Source of the DNA: Candidatus Nitrosopelagicus brevis
Lineage (GTDB): Archaea > Thermoproteota > Nitrososphaeria > Nitrososphaerales > Nitrosopumilaceae
Direction of reading: 5' to 3'
DNA length: 32,000 nucleotides
NCBI RefSeq assembly: GCF_000812185.1
Contig: NZ_CP007026.1
Coordinates: forward strand, 495,222-527,221
The position numbers and the translations under genes are program-made. A model generated the notes under the pieces. That model was given only the letters and a program-made list of their open reading frames with translations, had not been told where the DNA came from and did no database searches. Positions 1 through 8,040 of this stretch are shown here, piece by piece. Position 1 is the first letter of the stretch; each line of letters opens with the position of its first letter.

Positions 1-2000
1 AAAGAGGAATTACAATTGTTCAGGCTAACGTTACATTACACTATCAACAAGATGATGATGACTATGTCATTAACATGATTGACACTCCTGGTCACGTAGA
101 CTTTTCTGGTCGTGTAATTAGAAGTCTTAGGGCAATTGATGGTGCTGTAGTGGTATGTGATGCTGTAGAAGGCATCATGACTCAAACTGAAACAGTAACT
201 AGAATGTCTCTTGAAGAGCGAGTAAGACCTGTTTTGTATATCAACAAAATTGATAGATTAATCAAAGAACTAAGATTAACTCCTGAAAAAATGCAAGAAA
301 CCTTGGCTGGTGTTGTTGCAAACTTTAATGAATTAATTGACACTTATGCTGAAGATGAATACAAAGAAAAATGGAAAGTATCTATCCAAGATGGAAGTGT
401 AACATTTGGCTCTGCAAAAGACAAATGGGCAATTAATGTAGATATAATGAAGAAAAAAGGTGTCACATTCAATGATGTAATTGAGGCTTATTCTGATTCT
501 GGTAAAGTTGAAGATTTAGTAGAAAAGGCACCATTAGCTGAAGGTGTACTTGGAATGGTAGTAAAACATCATCCGCCACCACATATAGCACAGAAATACA
601 GAATTCCAAAAATCTGGAAGGGTGATTTAGAATCTGATACCGGTAAAGCACTTCTTGCTTGTGACGATAATGGTCCTACAATTATGATGTGTGTAAACAT
701 GACAATTGATCCTGCTGCAGGTCCTGTAGCAATTGGAAGATTATTTTCTGGAACAATCAAAGATGGTCAAACAATTAACATTATTGATACAAAGCGTGAA
801 GGACGTGTTCAATCTGTAAACTTTTTCATGTCTAATGTAAGAGAACAGGTTGGTGAGCTTGGTGCAGGAAATATTCCTGCATTACTTGGATTGACTGATG
901 TTCGTGCAGGTCAAACAATTTCAACCGTAAAGGACATTCCGGTATTTGAGGCATCAAAATATGTTTCAGAACCTGTTGTACAAATGGCAATTGAACCAAA
1001 GCACCCAAAAGATTTACCAAAACTTGTTGAAGTTTTAAGAAAATTAACTATTGAGGATCCAAACCTTGTAATTAAAATCGATGAAGAAAGTGGTGAAACA
1101 ATCATGGCTGGAATGGGTGTTCTACACCTTGATGTAGCAGTCAATTTAATCAAAGATGCTAAAGTCGAAATTGTAACTTCTGAACCATTAATCAATTACA
1201 GAGAGACAATTAACGGTGGTTGTGAACCTGTAATGGCAAAATCACCAAATCGTCATAATAAAATTTTCATGAAAGTTGAACCATTAGAACCTGAAATCGC
1301 TGAAATGTGTAGAAACGGAACTCTCAGTGAAATGAAGGATAAAAAAGAAACTGCTCAAATATTACGTGATAAAGGTTGGTCACCAGATGTGGCAAAGAAG
1401 GTAATGAGATTTGATTCTCGTGGAAATGTAATGATTAATGGAACAAAAGGTGTTCAGTTCGTAGATGAATCTACTGATTCACTATTATCTGGATTTGATG
1501 AAGTAATGAGTGAAGGTGGTCTTACAAAAGAACAGGTAAGAAACTGTAAATTCACATTCACACACTTTGTTCCTCATGAAGACACCGCCCATAGGGGATT
1601 GTCTCAAATTGGGCCTGCATCAAGACGTGCATGCCTTGCAGCATTTTTGTCTGCAGAACCTGTATTATTAGAACCAATGCTTGCAATTGAAGTTCGTGTT
1701 CCAACTGATCTAATTGGAAATGTTTCATCAGTATTACAAGGAAAACGTGGTAAAGTTTTGGATATGCAACAAAAAGGTGCAACAAGTATTGTTATCGGTG
1801 AAGTTCCTGCAGTTGAAACATTTGATATTTCTGAAAAAATGCGTGGCCAAACTGCTGGTAAAGCAATGTGGAATACACATTTCAAAGCATGGACTCCAGT
1901 TCCAAAATCAATTGCTGCAACTCTAACTGAAGATATACGAAAGAGAAAGGGATTAAGTCCAAATCCACCTGTTGCAACTGAATTTATCGATAGAGACTAA
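1..2000 (+). CDS. fusA: Translation elongation factor 2 (aEF-2), 5'-partial
   Basis: The reading frame is open from base 3 (RGITIVQANV...NMIDTPGHVDF), so the real start lies upstream of the window. It has G-domain motifs DTPGH and NKIDR, domain II-V sequence, and the diphthamide loop HEDTAHRG. The track ORF begins at an internal Met (75). Confidence 0.95.
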   Translation, partial: RGITIVQANVTLHYQQDDDDYVINMIDTPGHVDFSGRVIRSLRAIDGAVVVCDAVEGIMTQTETVTRMSLEERVRPVLYINKIDRLIKELRLTPEKMQETLAGVVANFNELIDTYAEDEYKEKWKVSIQDGSVTFGSAKDKWAINVDIMKKKGVTFNDVIEAYSDSGKVEDLVEKAPLAEGVLGMVVKHHPPPHIAQKYRIPKIWKGDLESDTGKALLACDDNGPTIMMCVNMTIDPAAGPVAIGRLFSGTIKDGQTINIIDTKREGRVQSVNFFMSNVREQVGELGAGNIPALLGLTDVRAGQTISTVKDIPVFEASKYVSEPVVQMAIEPKHPKDLPKLVEVLRKLTIEDPNLVIKIDEESGETIMAGMGVLHLDVAVNLIKDAKVEIVTSEPLINYRETINGGCEPVMAKSPNRHNKIFMKVEPLEPEIAEMCRNGTLSEMKDKKETAQILRDKGWSPDVAKKVMRFDSRGNVMINGTKGVQFVDESTDSLLSGFDEVMSEGGLTKEQVRNCKFTFTHFVPHEDTAHRGLSQIGPASRRACLAAFLSAEPVLLEPMLAIEVRVPTDLIGNVSSVLQGKRGKVLDMQQKGATSIVIGEVPAVETFDISEKMRGQTAGKAMWNTHFKAWTPVPKSIAATLTEDIRKRKGLSPNPPVATEFIDRD

Positions 2001-2197
2001 TGGTCAAAATCGAAACATTTGACGCGAATACTTTTTGGAATAAATCTTATGCACACCAACGTGGTAAATTACTAAAACGTGTCCAAGTACCTGATGATCA
2101 AATTAAGATATTGGTAAACAAGCAATATCTTGAACTCCCAGCACCACTTCGTTATGAAATTGAGACTAGTGGAATAAAAAAAACAGAACTCGGCTAA
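2000..2197 (+). CDS. Hypothetical small protein (65 aa)
   Basis: Its ATG overlaps the EF-2 stop (TAATG), which suggests translational coupling. Composition is ordinary and I recognise no motif. The 3' end overlaps the TFB stop convergently by 4 nt. Confidence 0.4.
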   Translation: MVKIETFDANTFWNKSYAHQRGKLLKRVQVPDDQIKILVNKQYLELPAPLRYEIETSGIKKTELG

Positions 2198-3192
2198 TCT
2201 TTCTTTACTTTTAATCTTGTAGCAACGTTGTACGTTTCATCATTTTTCACTACCTTGGTTAATTTAGGATTTGAGAATGATGCAATCTTTGCATCTTTGA
2301 GTTTTTTGCAGAGGTTTCGTATTGTCACGCTACTGATATTTGCAGCCTTTGATACTTGAGTTTGTGAAACTTTTTCGCCATTTGTTATTGCTGCAAGATA
2401 TACTACCGTTGCAGCCATTGCAACCGGATTCTTACCGCTTGTTATCATCAATTCTTCTGCTTTAATCAGAAATTTTATTGCATCTCGTTTGGTTTTTTCT
2501 GTAGCGCCTACCTCTGTAGTAATTCTTGTGATAAAGCTCACTGGGTTATACGTCTCAAGTGTTAAATCAAGATCTCTTACTAACATCCTGTAAATTCTAT
2601 GTATGCTTGTTCTTCGGAGATTTGTTGCTTCGGCAACATCTTGAATGGTTCTTGGTGTGTTTGTGAATCGGCATGATGCGTATACACATGCACTTAAGAT
2701 TACGGGAATACTTCTGCCTCTTCCAATTTTCTTTGCCAATGTCTTTCTGTAAATGTATGCTGCCTGTTCTACTGCTGCATCTGAAAGTGATAGTTTTGCT
2801 TTGAGTCCTTCCAAAAGTGTGAATGCTTTTTGCATATTTCTATGACCTGGCATAGCCTTGCTGTTCTTATCCCACATTCGTAGTCGGTAAAATGTTCTCT
2901 TCATTTCTCCACTAAGATTTTTACCTGTTGCATCTTTGTCTGATTGCTGAATCACTGTGGATAATCCCATGTCATTAAATGCAAGTGTGGATTTTCTTCC
3001 TGTTCTTGATTTTGACATATAATCTTCGCCAGACTGGGCTGACTCTGGACCTAACTCTGCCATATTTTGTGATACAACTTGGCCACATGATGAGCACATC
3101 ACTTCTCCAGTTGTACTGTCAGTTACTAAGAGAACATCTTTACACTTACTGTTGTTACAAATGTGATCGTTGGATTCAGAATCTTTGTTCAC
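2194..3192 (-). CDS. tfb: Transcription initiation factor B (TFB/TFIIB)
   Basis: N-terminal zinc ribbon (CNNSKC...CSSCG) followed by two cyclin-like repeats typical of TFB. It is 332 codons long and the start codon is GTG at 3192. Confidence 0.9.
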   Translation of the reverse strand: MNKDSESNDHICNNSKCKDVLLVTDSTTGEVMCSSCGQVVSQNMAELGPESAQSGEDYMSKSRTGRKSTLAFNDMGLSTVIQQSDKDATGKNLSGEMKRTFYRLRMWDKNSKAMPGHRNMQKAFTLLEGLKAKLSLSDAAVEQAAYIYRKTLAKKIGRGRSIPVILSACVYASCRFTNTPRTIQDVAEATNLRRTSIHRIYRMLVRDLDLTLETYNPVSFITRITTEVGATEKTKRDAIKFLIKAEELMITSGKNPVAMAATVVYLAAITNGEKVSQTQVSKAANISSVTIRNLCKKLKDAKIASFSNPKLTKVVKNDETYNVATRLKVKKD

Positions 3193-3260
3193 CCTTTGTA
3201 AATAGTGCTTTGAACTTATTAGGAATGGCTTCTAGTGTTAATTTTTTTTCTTTAGCACTA

Positions 3261-3458
3261 TTATTCTTCAGTTTTGTTTTGATGATGAAGATTCACCATG
3301 ATAAATGACATTTCTTTTAGAAATTCATATTCTCCATTTGACCAAGAATACTTGTTTGCATTTTCCCAAAAATCTTGTTTTAGGTTAGAATCTTCAGTTT
3401 GCATATCAAATAATAGATTTTGATCTATAATACGCAAATTGCCTCTTCTGATTGACAA
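3261..3458 (-). CDS. Hypothetical ORF (65 codons, TTG start; first ATG gives about 47 aa)
   Basis: Open frame only; there is no ATG at the 5' end and no recognisable motif. It may not be a gene. Confidence 0.2.
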   Translation of the reverse strand: MSIRRGNLRIIDQNLLFDMQTEDSNLKQDFWENANKYSWSNGEYEFLKEMSFIMVNLHHQNKTEE

Positions 3459-3460
3459 AA

Positions 3461-3700
3461 ATGCTCAAAAAAATTGATCCATTTCTCATCAAAATTGATT
3501 TTGTGCTGAGTTTAGGTCAATCAAATCCACACAGAATCACATTTACGCATATGGGCATACTTGACTGTATGAAAGCAAGATTTAACGGAAAGTGTCAAAG
3601 TTGCGGCGGAGACATCCACAAAGGAAAGGAAATTGCCCGAAATGCAGATGATGTCTGGGTTCACAAACATTGCGTTGAAGAGTTAGTGGATTTACCTTAA
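3461..3700 (+). CDS. Small Cys/His zinc-binding protein (79 aa from ATG 3461; alternative start ATG 3551 gives 49 aa)
   Basis: The C-terminal half carries CQSCGG...HKHC, a four-ligand zinc-knuckle-like pattern. A TATA-like CTATAATA at 3425-3432 lies about 30 nt upstream of ATG 3461. The track ORF starts at TTG 3452. Confidence 0.45.
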   Translation: MLKKIDPFLIKIDFVLSLGQSNPHRITFTHMGILDCMKARFNGKCQSCGGDIHKGKEIARNADDVWVHKHCVEELVDLP

Positions 3701-3715
3701 ATCATATATCCACGG

Positions 3716-3728
3716 TTTTTTTATTTTT
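3716..3728 (+). terminator. T-tract (T7 A T5) downstream of the 3461..3700 ORF
   Basis: Oligo-T runs on the coding strand are the usual archaeal termination signal. This one sits 16 nt after the stop codon and only 4 nt before the next ATG, so the call is weak. Confidence 0.3.
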
Positions 3729-3731
3729 AGC

Positions 3732-4577
3732 ATGCTGATTAATCCTGTAGATCTTCTACTGTGGACATTCAGAAGAAATGAAAATGATGTTGTAAAACTG
3801 TATGATGCATTATCTCCGATTATGGAGGTATCGACTGGTGGGGATATGCTGAATTTTGGATTTTGGGATGAAACCACTCTTCATCCTGTAGATGCTCAAA
3901 AACGCTTATGTGAAATGATGAGTGATATGGCTCAAATTTCTTCGGCAGAAATAATTGCTGATGTTGGAAGTGGAATTTTAGGTCCTGCAAAAATATGGAA
4001 TTCACAATACCCTTCATTACAAATCTCATCTGTAAATGTAAATTTCTCTCAATTGGCATCAGTTGAGCCTAGCAATATCTCAAAACTCAATTCCACTGCA
4101 CGAATGCTTCCTTTTTCAAACTCATCTTTAGATCGTGTAATTGCATTAGAATCTGCACAACATTTCAAACCTATAGGAGACTTTTTCTCCGAATCAAATC
4201 GTGTCTTAAAAGATGATGGAATTCTTGCCATAGCAATTCCAACTGCTACTGAAAATTCTAATTTGAGTAACCTTGGAATATTGAAATTCACCTGGTCATC
4301 TGAACATTACTCGCAAAAAAATATTGTAAATGAAATTTCTAAAAATGGATTTGAAATCATAGAATCAAATGAAATTGGAAAAAATATCTATTCTCCACTT
4401 GCTGAATATTATCTCAACAATCGTGATGAATTACAGAAAAAAATTCTTTCCCGTTATTCTAAATATGTAGAAAAAATACTTTTTGAATCCATGAAAAAAA
4501 TGCAATCTGCATCTGAAAAAGGATTGATCGGCTATTCAATGCTAAAATGTAAAAAATTAGCACTAGACTCACGCTAG
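3732..4577 (+). CDS. Class I SAM-dependent methyltransferase
   Basis: The N-terminal block YDALSP...NFGFWDE...AQKRL followed by motif I (ADVGSGILGP), then LDRVIALESAQHF, matches the type-11 methyltransferase layout seen in tocopherol, quinone and sterol C-methyltransferase relatives. Confidence 0.8.
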   Translation: MLINPVDLLLWTFRRNENDVVKLYDALSPIMEVSTGGDMLNFGFWDETTLHPVDAQKRLCEMMSDMAQISSAEIIADVGSGILGPAKIWNSQYPSLQISSVNVNFSQLASVEPSNISKLNSTARMLPFSNSSLDRVIALESAQHFKPIGDFFSESNRVLKDDGILAIAIPTATENSNLSNLGILKFTWSSEHYSQKNIVNEISKNGFEIIESNEIGKNIYSPLAEYYLNNRDELQKKILSRYSKYVEKILFESMKKMQSASEKGLIGYSMLKCKKLALDSR

Positions 4578-4615
4578 TGCATAACTATTAAATATCATAA
4601 TCGGGTATTTACTTC

Positions 4616-4843
4616 ATGGGCGCATCATGTAAAGGAATATGCACACAGCACAAAGTAACCAAGGTTCCAAATTCAATGAAATATCAATTTGGACTAAAAC
4701 GTTGCAGTTGGTGCGAAGTATGGCTTGACACCGAAGAGATTCGATGTCCTTGTTGCAAAATGATTTTGAGAACAAAATCTAGAAACAAGAAACGGAAAAG
4801 TTTACCAATGGCACAACCAACAACTCCAACTGTTGCTGCGTAA
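4616..4843 (+). CDS. Small zinc-ribbon protein with basic tail (75 aa)
   Basis: CKGIC...CSWC...CPCC cysteine pairs followed by a lysine/arginine-rich tail (KSRNKKRK). Confidence 0.6.
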   Translation: MGASCKGICTQHKVTKVPNSMKYQFGLKRCSWCEVWLDTEEIRCPCCKMILRTKSRNKKRKSLPMAQPTTPTVAA

Positions 4844-4844
4844 A

Positions 4845-6221
4845 ATGAATTCCAATAATCAAACTAACGAGATTTCAAAAAACTCGTCGATAAAACCGGC
4901 TGTCATAATCGGCGCCGGGGTCGGCGGTTTATCCATTGCAACACTTTTGGTTAACGACGGACATCCTGTTTCTGTTTATGAAAAATCTGACAGAGTAGGT
5001 GGTCGAACCGCCTCCATGAAATTTAAAAACCACATTTTAGATAACGGATTTCACATTATGCCGTTTTACAAAAAATCTGCAATCTATGAAATTCTAAAAG
5101 ATGTCAAGATAGAATCTAGACTAAAACTCGCAATTGTTGATAAAATTGCATTTTACGATGATGGATTTCACACTTACCCAAAAGGCATTGCAGATATTCT
5201 CAAAATGTCTCTCATACCATTCAAAAGTAGAATATCCTTATTGAAAATACTATTGCCTATGGCTTTCACCAGTATGGAAAAAGCCGAACAGCTAGATTCT
5301 GTGCCTTTAACTCAGGTTACATCCAAGCTTGATTTTCATTCTAAACAATTTTTTGATGCAGTCTGTATGCTTGCATTTGCCGACACTCCTGATCATATCT
5401 CTCTCGGTGAATTTGCAAGAACCATAATTCGTGCAAATCCCTTCAAAGGAGGAACAAGCGAATTTGCATATCCTGACATGGGTGGATATGACAGAATTAG
5501 TGAGGTAATGGCAAATTACGTCAAAGAGAAAAACTCTCAAGTAAATCTTGGGCATTCAATCAAAAAGGTCCTTGTAAAAGATAGAAAAGTAACTGGAGTT
5601 GAATTATCTACTGGAGAGATAGTTGAAAGCGACTGCGTAATTATCTCGTATCCTGCATATCATGCAATAAACCAATTATTTGATTCTGGAATTTTTGATG
5701 ATGATTTTATCAAAAAAACAAATCGTCTCAATAAAACTACGTCTGTCGTAGAAGTTCATTTTGCATTATCAAAGCAGTTGGATGAACGCCAAGTTGTTTT
5801 TCCCGTAGGTGAAAACTATGTTTCAAAAGGAATATTCTTCATCTCAAACATCACTCCTTCTGTATCTCCAAAAGGGGAACATCTCATAATCGTTGGCACT
5901 CCTGTAAAACCCGAGGAAACTGAAAATCCCACTCGGATCAAAGAAATTGTATCTAAAATGAAGCAAGAATTGTCTGAGATTTATCCAGATTTTGATGATT
6001 CGTTACTTTGGGATAGGCCCATGGCATGGAAACTTGTAGAGGCTGTTGTAAAAGAACCAGGATTAGTATGGAAAAACAAAATGCCACATTCTGTTTCCAA
6101 TGTTGATGGTCTGTTTTTTGTGGGCGATTCAACAATAAGCTATGGAATCGGAACTGATTCTGCAGCACACAGTGCTGTATTAGCACATCCATTGATACAA
6201 AAACATCTTTCTTCACTGTGA
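4845..6221 (+). CDS. FAD-dependent oxidoreductase, phytoene desaturase/amine oxidase (CrtI-like) family
   Basis: N-terminal dinucleotide-binding fold VIIGAGVGGLSIA...YEKSDRVGGR and a C-terminal FFVGDST block. The track ORF starts at TTG 4833; the first ATG is 4845. Confidence 0.8.
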   Translation: MNSNNQTNEISKNSSIKPAVIIGAGVGGLSIATLLVNDGHPVSVYEKSDRVGGRTASMKFKNHILDNGFHIMPFYKKSAIYEILKDVKIESRLKLAIVDKIAFYDDGFHTYPKGIADILKMSLIPFKSRISLLKILLPMAFTSMEKAEQLDSVPLTQVTSKLDFHSKQFFDAVCMLAFADTPDHISLGEFARTIIRANPFKGGTSEFAYPDMGGYDRISEVMANYVKEKNSQVNLGHSIKKVLVKDRKVTGVELSTGEIVESDCVIISYPAYHAINQLFDSGIFDDDFIKKTNRLNKTTSVVEVHFALSKQLDERQVVFPVGENYVSKGIFFISNITPSVSPKGEHLIIVGTPVKPEETENPTRIKEIVSKMKQELSEIYPDFDDSLLWDRPMAWKLVEAVVKEPGLVWKNKMPHSVSNVDGLFFVGDSTISYGIGTDSAAHSAVLAHPLIQKHLSSL

Positions 6222-6650
6222 TTGGTTTTTTGCATAATTAGCAAATTCATCTAAAACCATTTTCATGCTACTCTCAATTTTACTTTTAGCAAACATTCCT
6301 AAAATTTTTAATCCGCCTGATAACACAAAATCAACTTCGATCGTAACCTTTGTCTTATCTCCTACTTTTTCATATTTTTCGTCAAATGTTGTGCCTTTGG
6401 CTTGACCATCTAGCATTTTTACGATATGTCTATCTGGTTTTTCTATTACATGTTCTGTAGTAACATTAACTGTTTTCCCGAGAAATCTCAAAGTTTCAAA
6501 AATCTTTGTTGTATTTCCATCTCTCTCAACAATCTTCAACTCTAGAAAATATTCTGGCAATATCTCTGTAAATCGTTCATAATCTGTACTAATTGCAAAA
6601 AATTTGTCTCTATCAATATCCACTAACTTTGTAAAAGAAAATTTTGGCAT
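6213..6650 (-). CDS. SRPBCC (START/polyketide-cyclase-like) ligand-binding protein
   Basis: 145 aa with the size and alternating beta-strand pattern of the SRPBCC fold (MPKFSFTKLVDIDRDKFFAISTDYERF...). It overlaps the flavoprotein 3' end convergently by 9 nt. The family call is by eye. Confidence 0.6.
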   Translation of the reverse strand: MPKFSFTKLVDIDRDKFFAISTDYERFTEILPEYFLELKIVERDGNTTKIFETLRFLGKTVNVTTEHVIEKPDRHIVKMLDGQAKGTTFDEKYEKVGDKTKVTIEVDFVLSGGLKILGMFAKSKIESSMKMVLDEFANYAKNQSQ

Positions 6651-6755
6651 ACGTTTTTTGATAATTTATTGAATTAAAGTTTAAAGAATTGCGTTGTTAG
6701 GCACTAGAAGCCTAATTAGCACTTGCTTATATATTGTAAATACGTTGATTGTTTA

Positions 6756-7724
6756 ATGAAAGTACTACTCGCGGGAATTGCTAGTGTTTTACTATTAACC
6801 TCATTGGTTGGTAGTGTAGATGCAAACAATGTCCCTGACTGGGTAAAGAACAATGCAGGATGGTGGGCTGAAGGTCAAATTGATGATACTGCATTTGTTT
6901 CTGGTGTTCAATACATGATTGAAAATGGAATAATCAATGTTCCATCAACTACCAGAAGTTCAGGTACCTCTGACACTATTCCAAGTTGGGTAAAGAACAA
7001 TGCAGGATGGTGGGCTGATGGTACATTAACTGAAAATGAATTTGTAAACGCACTTCAATATTTGATTAAAATGGGAATCATGAAGGTTAGCGCAAGCGCT
7101 GTTAGTGATGACGGTGCAGCAAAATCTCAGTATCAAGCCGCTCCTAAAGAAACCACAAAACAACAATCATCTGGTAACGCAGATCTTGACGAAATGTTAG
7201 CACAATGTCAGGGTGGAGAAAATAAAAGAGAAATTCGTGAATGTGAAAAAACAATCAAAGATGAATACAAACTAACAACATACATGAATGACGGTCAAAA
7301 ATACCAACTTGGTAATGTAGCAATTTATTATGTTTCAGACTGGCAAGAGGAAACTCGCAAAGGTGTAAAACAATACAATAACATTGCATACACTGCAACT
7401 GGACAACCTCTCTTAAACTTACAAATCCTGGTTCAAAACACTGGAACTTCAAATGAGACTTTAATGTGTACAAGTCCTTCCATATGTAACTATTCTGTAT
7501 GGGATGGAGGTAAAAAATGGGTCAACTCTGGCTCTGACTTTACATCTGGTAACATTGTACTAAAACCAGGTCAAGCTAAATTTGCAAATATCTTATGGGG
7601 TCCTGCAATAGGTTATGGAAGTTATGAAAACTTTGAATATGATTCGGGTAAAGATTACTACTTGAGAATATCTGAGCCATTTGGAAAACTAGATCTTCCT
7701 TTGAATCTTGTAGTTGTTCCATAA
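6756..7724 (+). CDS. Secreted protein with two N-terminal copies of a WVKNNAGWWA...F(V)xxxQY(L/M)Ixx(G)I domain and a Cys-containing C-terminal domain
   Basis: Signal peptide MKVLLAGIASVLLLTSLVGSVDA. The roughly 49-aa module is duplicated (PDWVKNNAGWWAEGQIDD... / PSWVKNNAGWWADGTLTE...). TATA-like TTATATAT at 6727-6734 is about 25 nt from ATG 6756. The track ORF starts at TTG 6723. Confidence 0.75.
   Translation: MKVLLAGIASVLLLTSLVGSVDANNVPDWVKNNAGWWAEGQIDDTAFVSGVQYMIENGIINVPSTTRSSGTSDTIPSWVKNNAGWWADGTLTENEFVNALQYLIKMGIMKVSASAVSDDGAAKSQYQAAPKETTKQQSSGNADLDEMLAQCQGGENKREIRECEKTIKDEYKLTTYMNDGQKYQLGNVAIYYVSDWQEETRKGVKQYNNIAYTATGQPLLNLQILVQNTGTSNETLMCTSPSICNYSVWDGGKKWVNSGSDFTSGNIVLKPGQAKFANILWGPAIGYGSYENFEYDSGKDYYLRISEPFGKLDLPLNLVVVP
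6840..6871 (+). repeat. Copy 1 of an exact 32-nt intragenic direct repeat
   Basis: tgggtaaagaacaatgcaggatggtgggctga is identical to 6987-7018, offset 147 nt (49 codons). Confidence 0.9.
6987..7018 (+). repeat. Copy 2 of an exact 32-nt intragenic direct repeat
   Basis: Identical to 6840-6871; the flanking codons diverge. Confidence 0.9.
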
Positions 7725-7752
7725 CATCTCTCTCTTTTTCTTATGATGAAAA

Positions 7753-8040
7753 ATGTCTGACATAATTTGGGGAACTGTAACAAAAATAATCTCAACTAAT
7801 TCATTTGAGATGAACGTCTCACACCAAAAGGACACTAATCAAGATGGCTATCAAGATGTGGAGGAAATTAATTTCACGGAAATTGATATTCCAAGTATTC
7901 CTGTTGATGAAAACTCTAGAAATATTTCACAAATTAAGGAAAATCTTAAGGATAAATTTGTAAAATGTGAAATTTCAGGCAGAAACTCTGAAAATAGACT
8001 TGTCTGTGTAGTCTCTCATTCCGGAGCGGGAGGATACTGA
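7753..8040 (+). CDS. Hypothetical small protein (95 aa)
   Basis: ATG start, and the stop overlaps the next ATG (TGATG). The sequence pattern loosely recalls an OB/SNase-like barrel (GTVTKII...FEMNV...KFVKCEISGRNSENRLVCVV), but no catalytic residues are recognisable. Confidence 0.5.
   Translation: MSDIIWGTVTKIISTNSFEMNVSHQKDTNQDGYQDVEEINFTEIDIPSIPVDENSRNISQIKENLKDKFVKCEISGRNSENRLVCVVSHSGAGGY

Noticed and set aside
469-1926. Seven 60-94 codon ORFs inside or antisense to the EF-2 gene (469..651, 569..760, 832..1020, 911..1195, 1558..1785, 1604..1885 on the minus strand; 1714..1926 in an alternative plus frame)
   Set aside because: All are fully contained within a strongly supported conserved CDS. 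They have odd composition and no motifs, and are typical shadow ORFs.
2979-3308. 109-codon plus-strand ORF overlapping the 5' part of tfb
   Set aside because: It is antisense to the TFB zinc-ribbon region, has Leu/Phe/Cys-rich shadow composition, and has no independent support.
7743-7760. C-box-like ATGATGA followed by CTGA (possible C/D box sRNA signature)
   Set aside because: The two boxes are only 7 nt apart and there is no second C'/D' pair. The sequence is simply the region around the start of the 7753 CDS.
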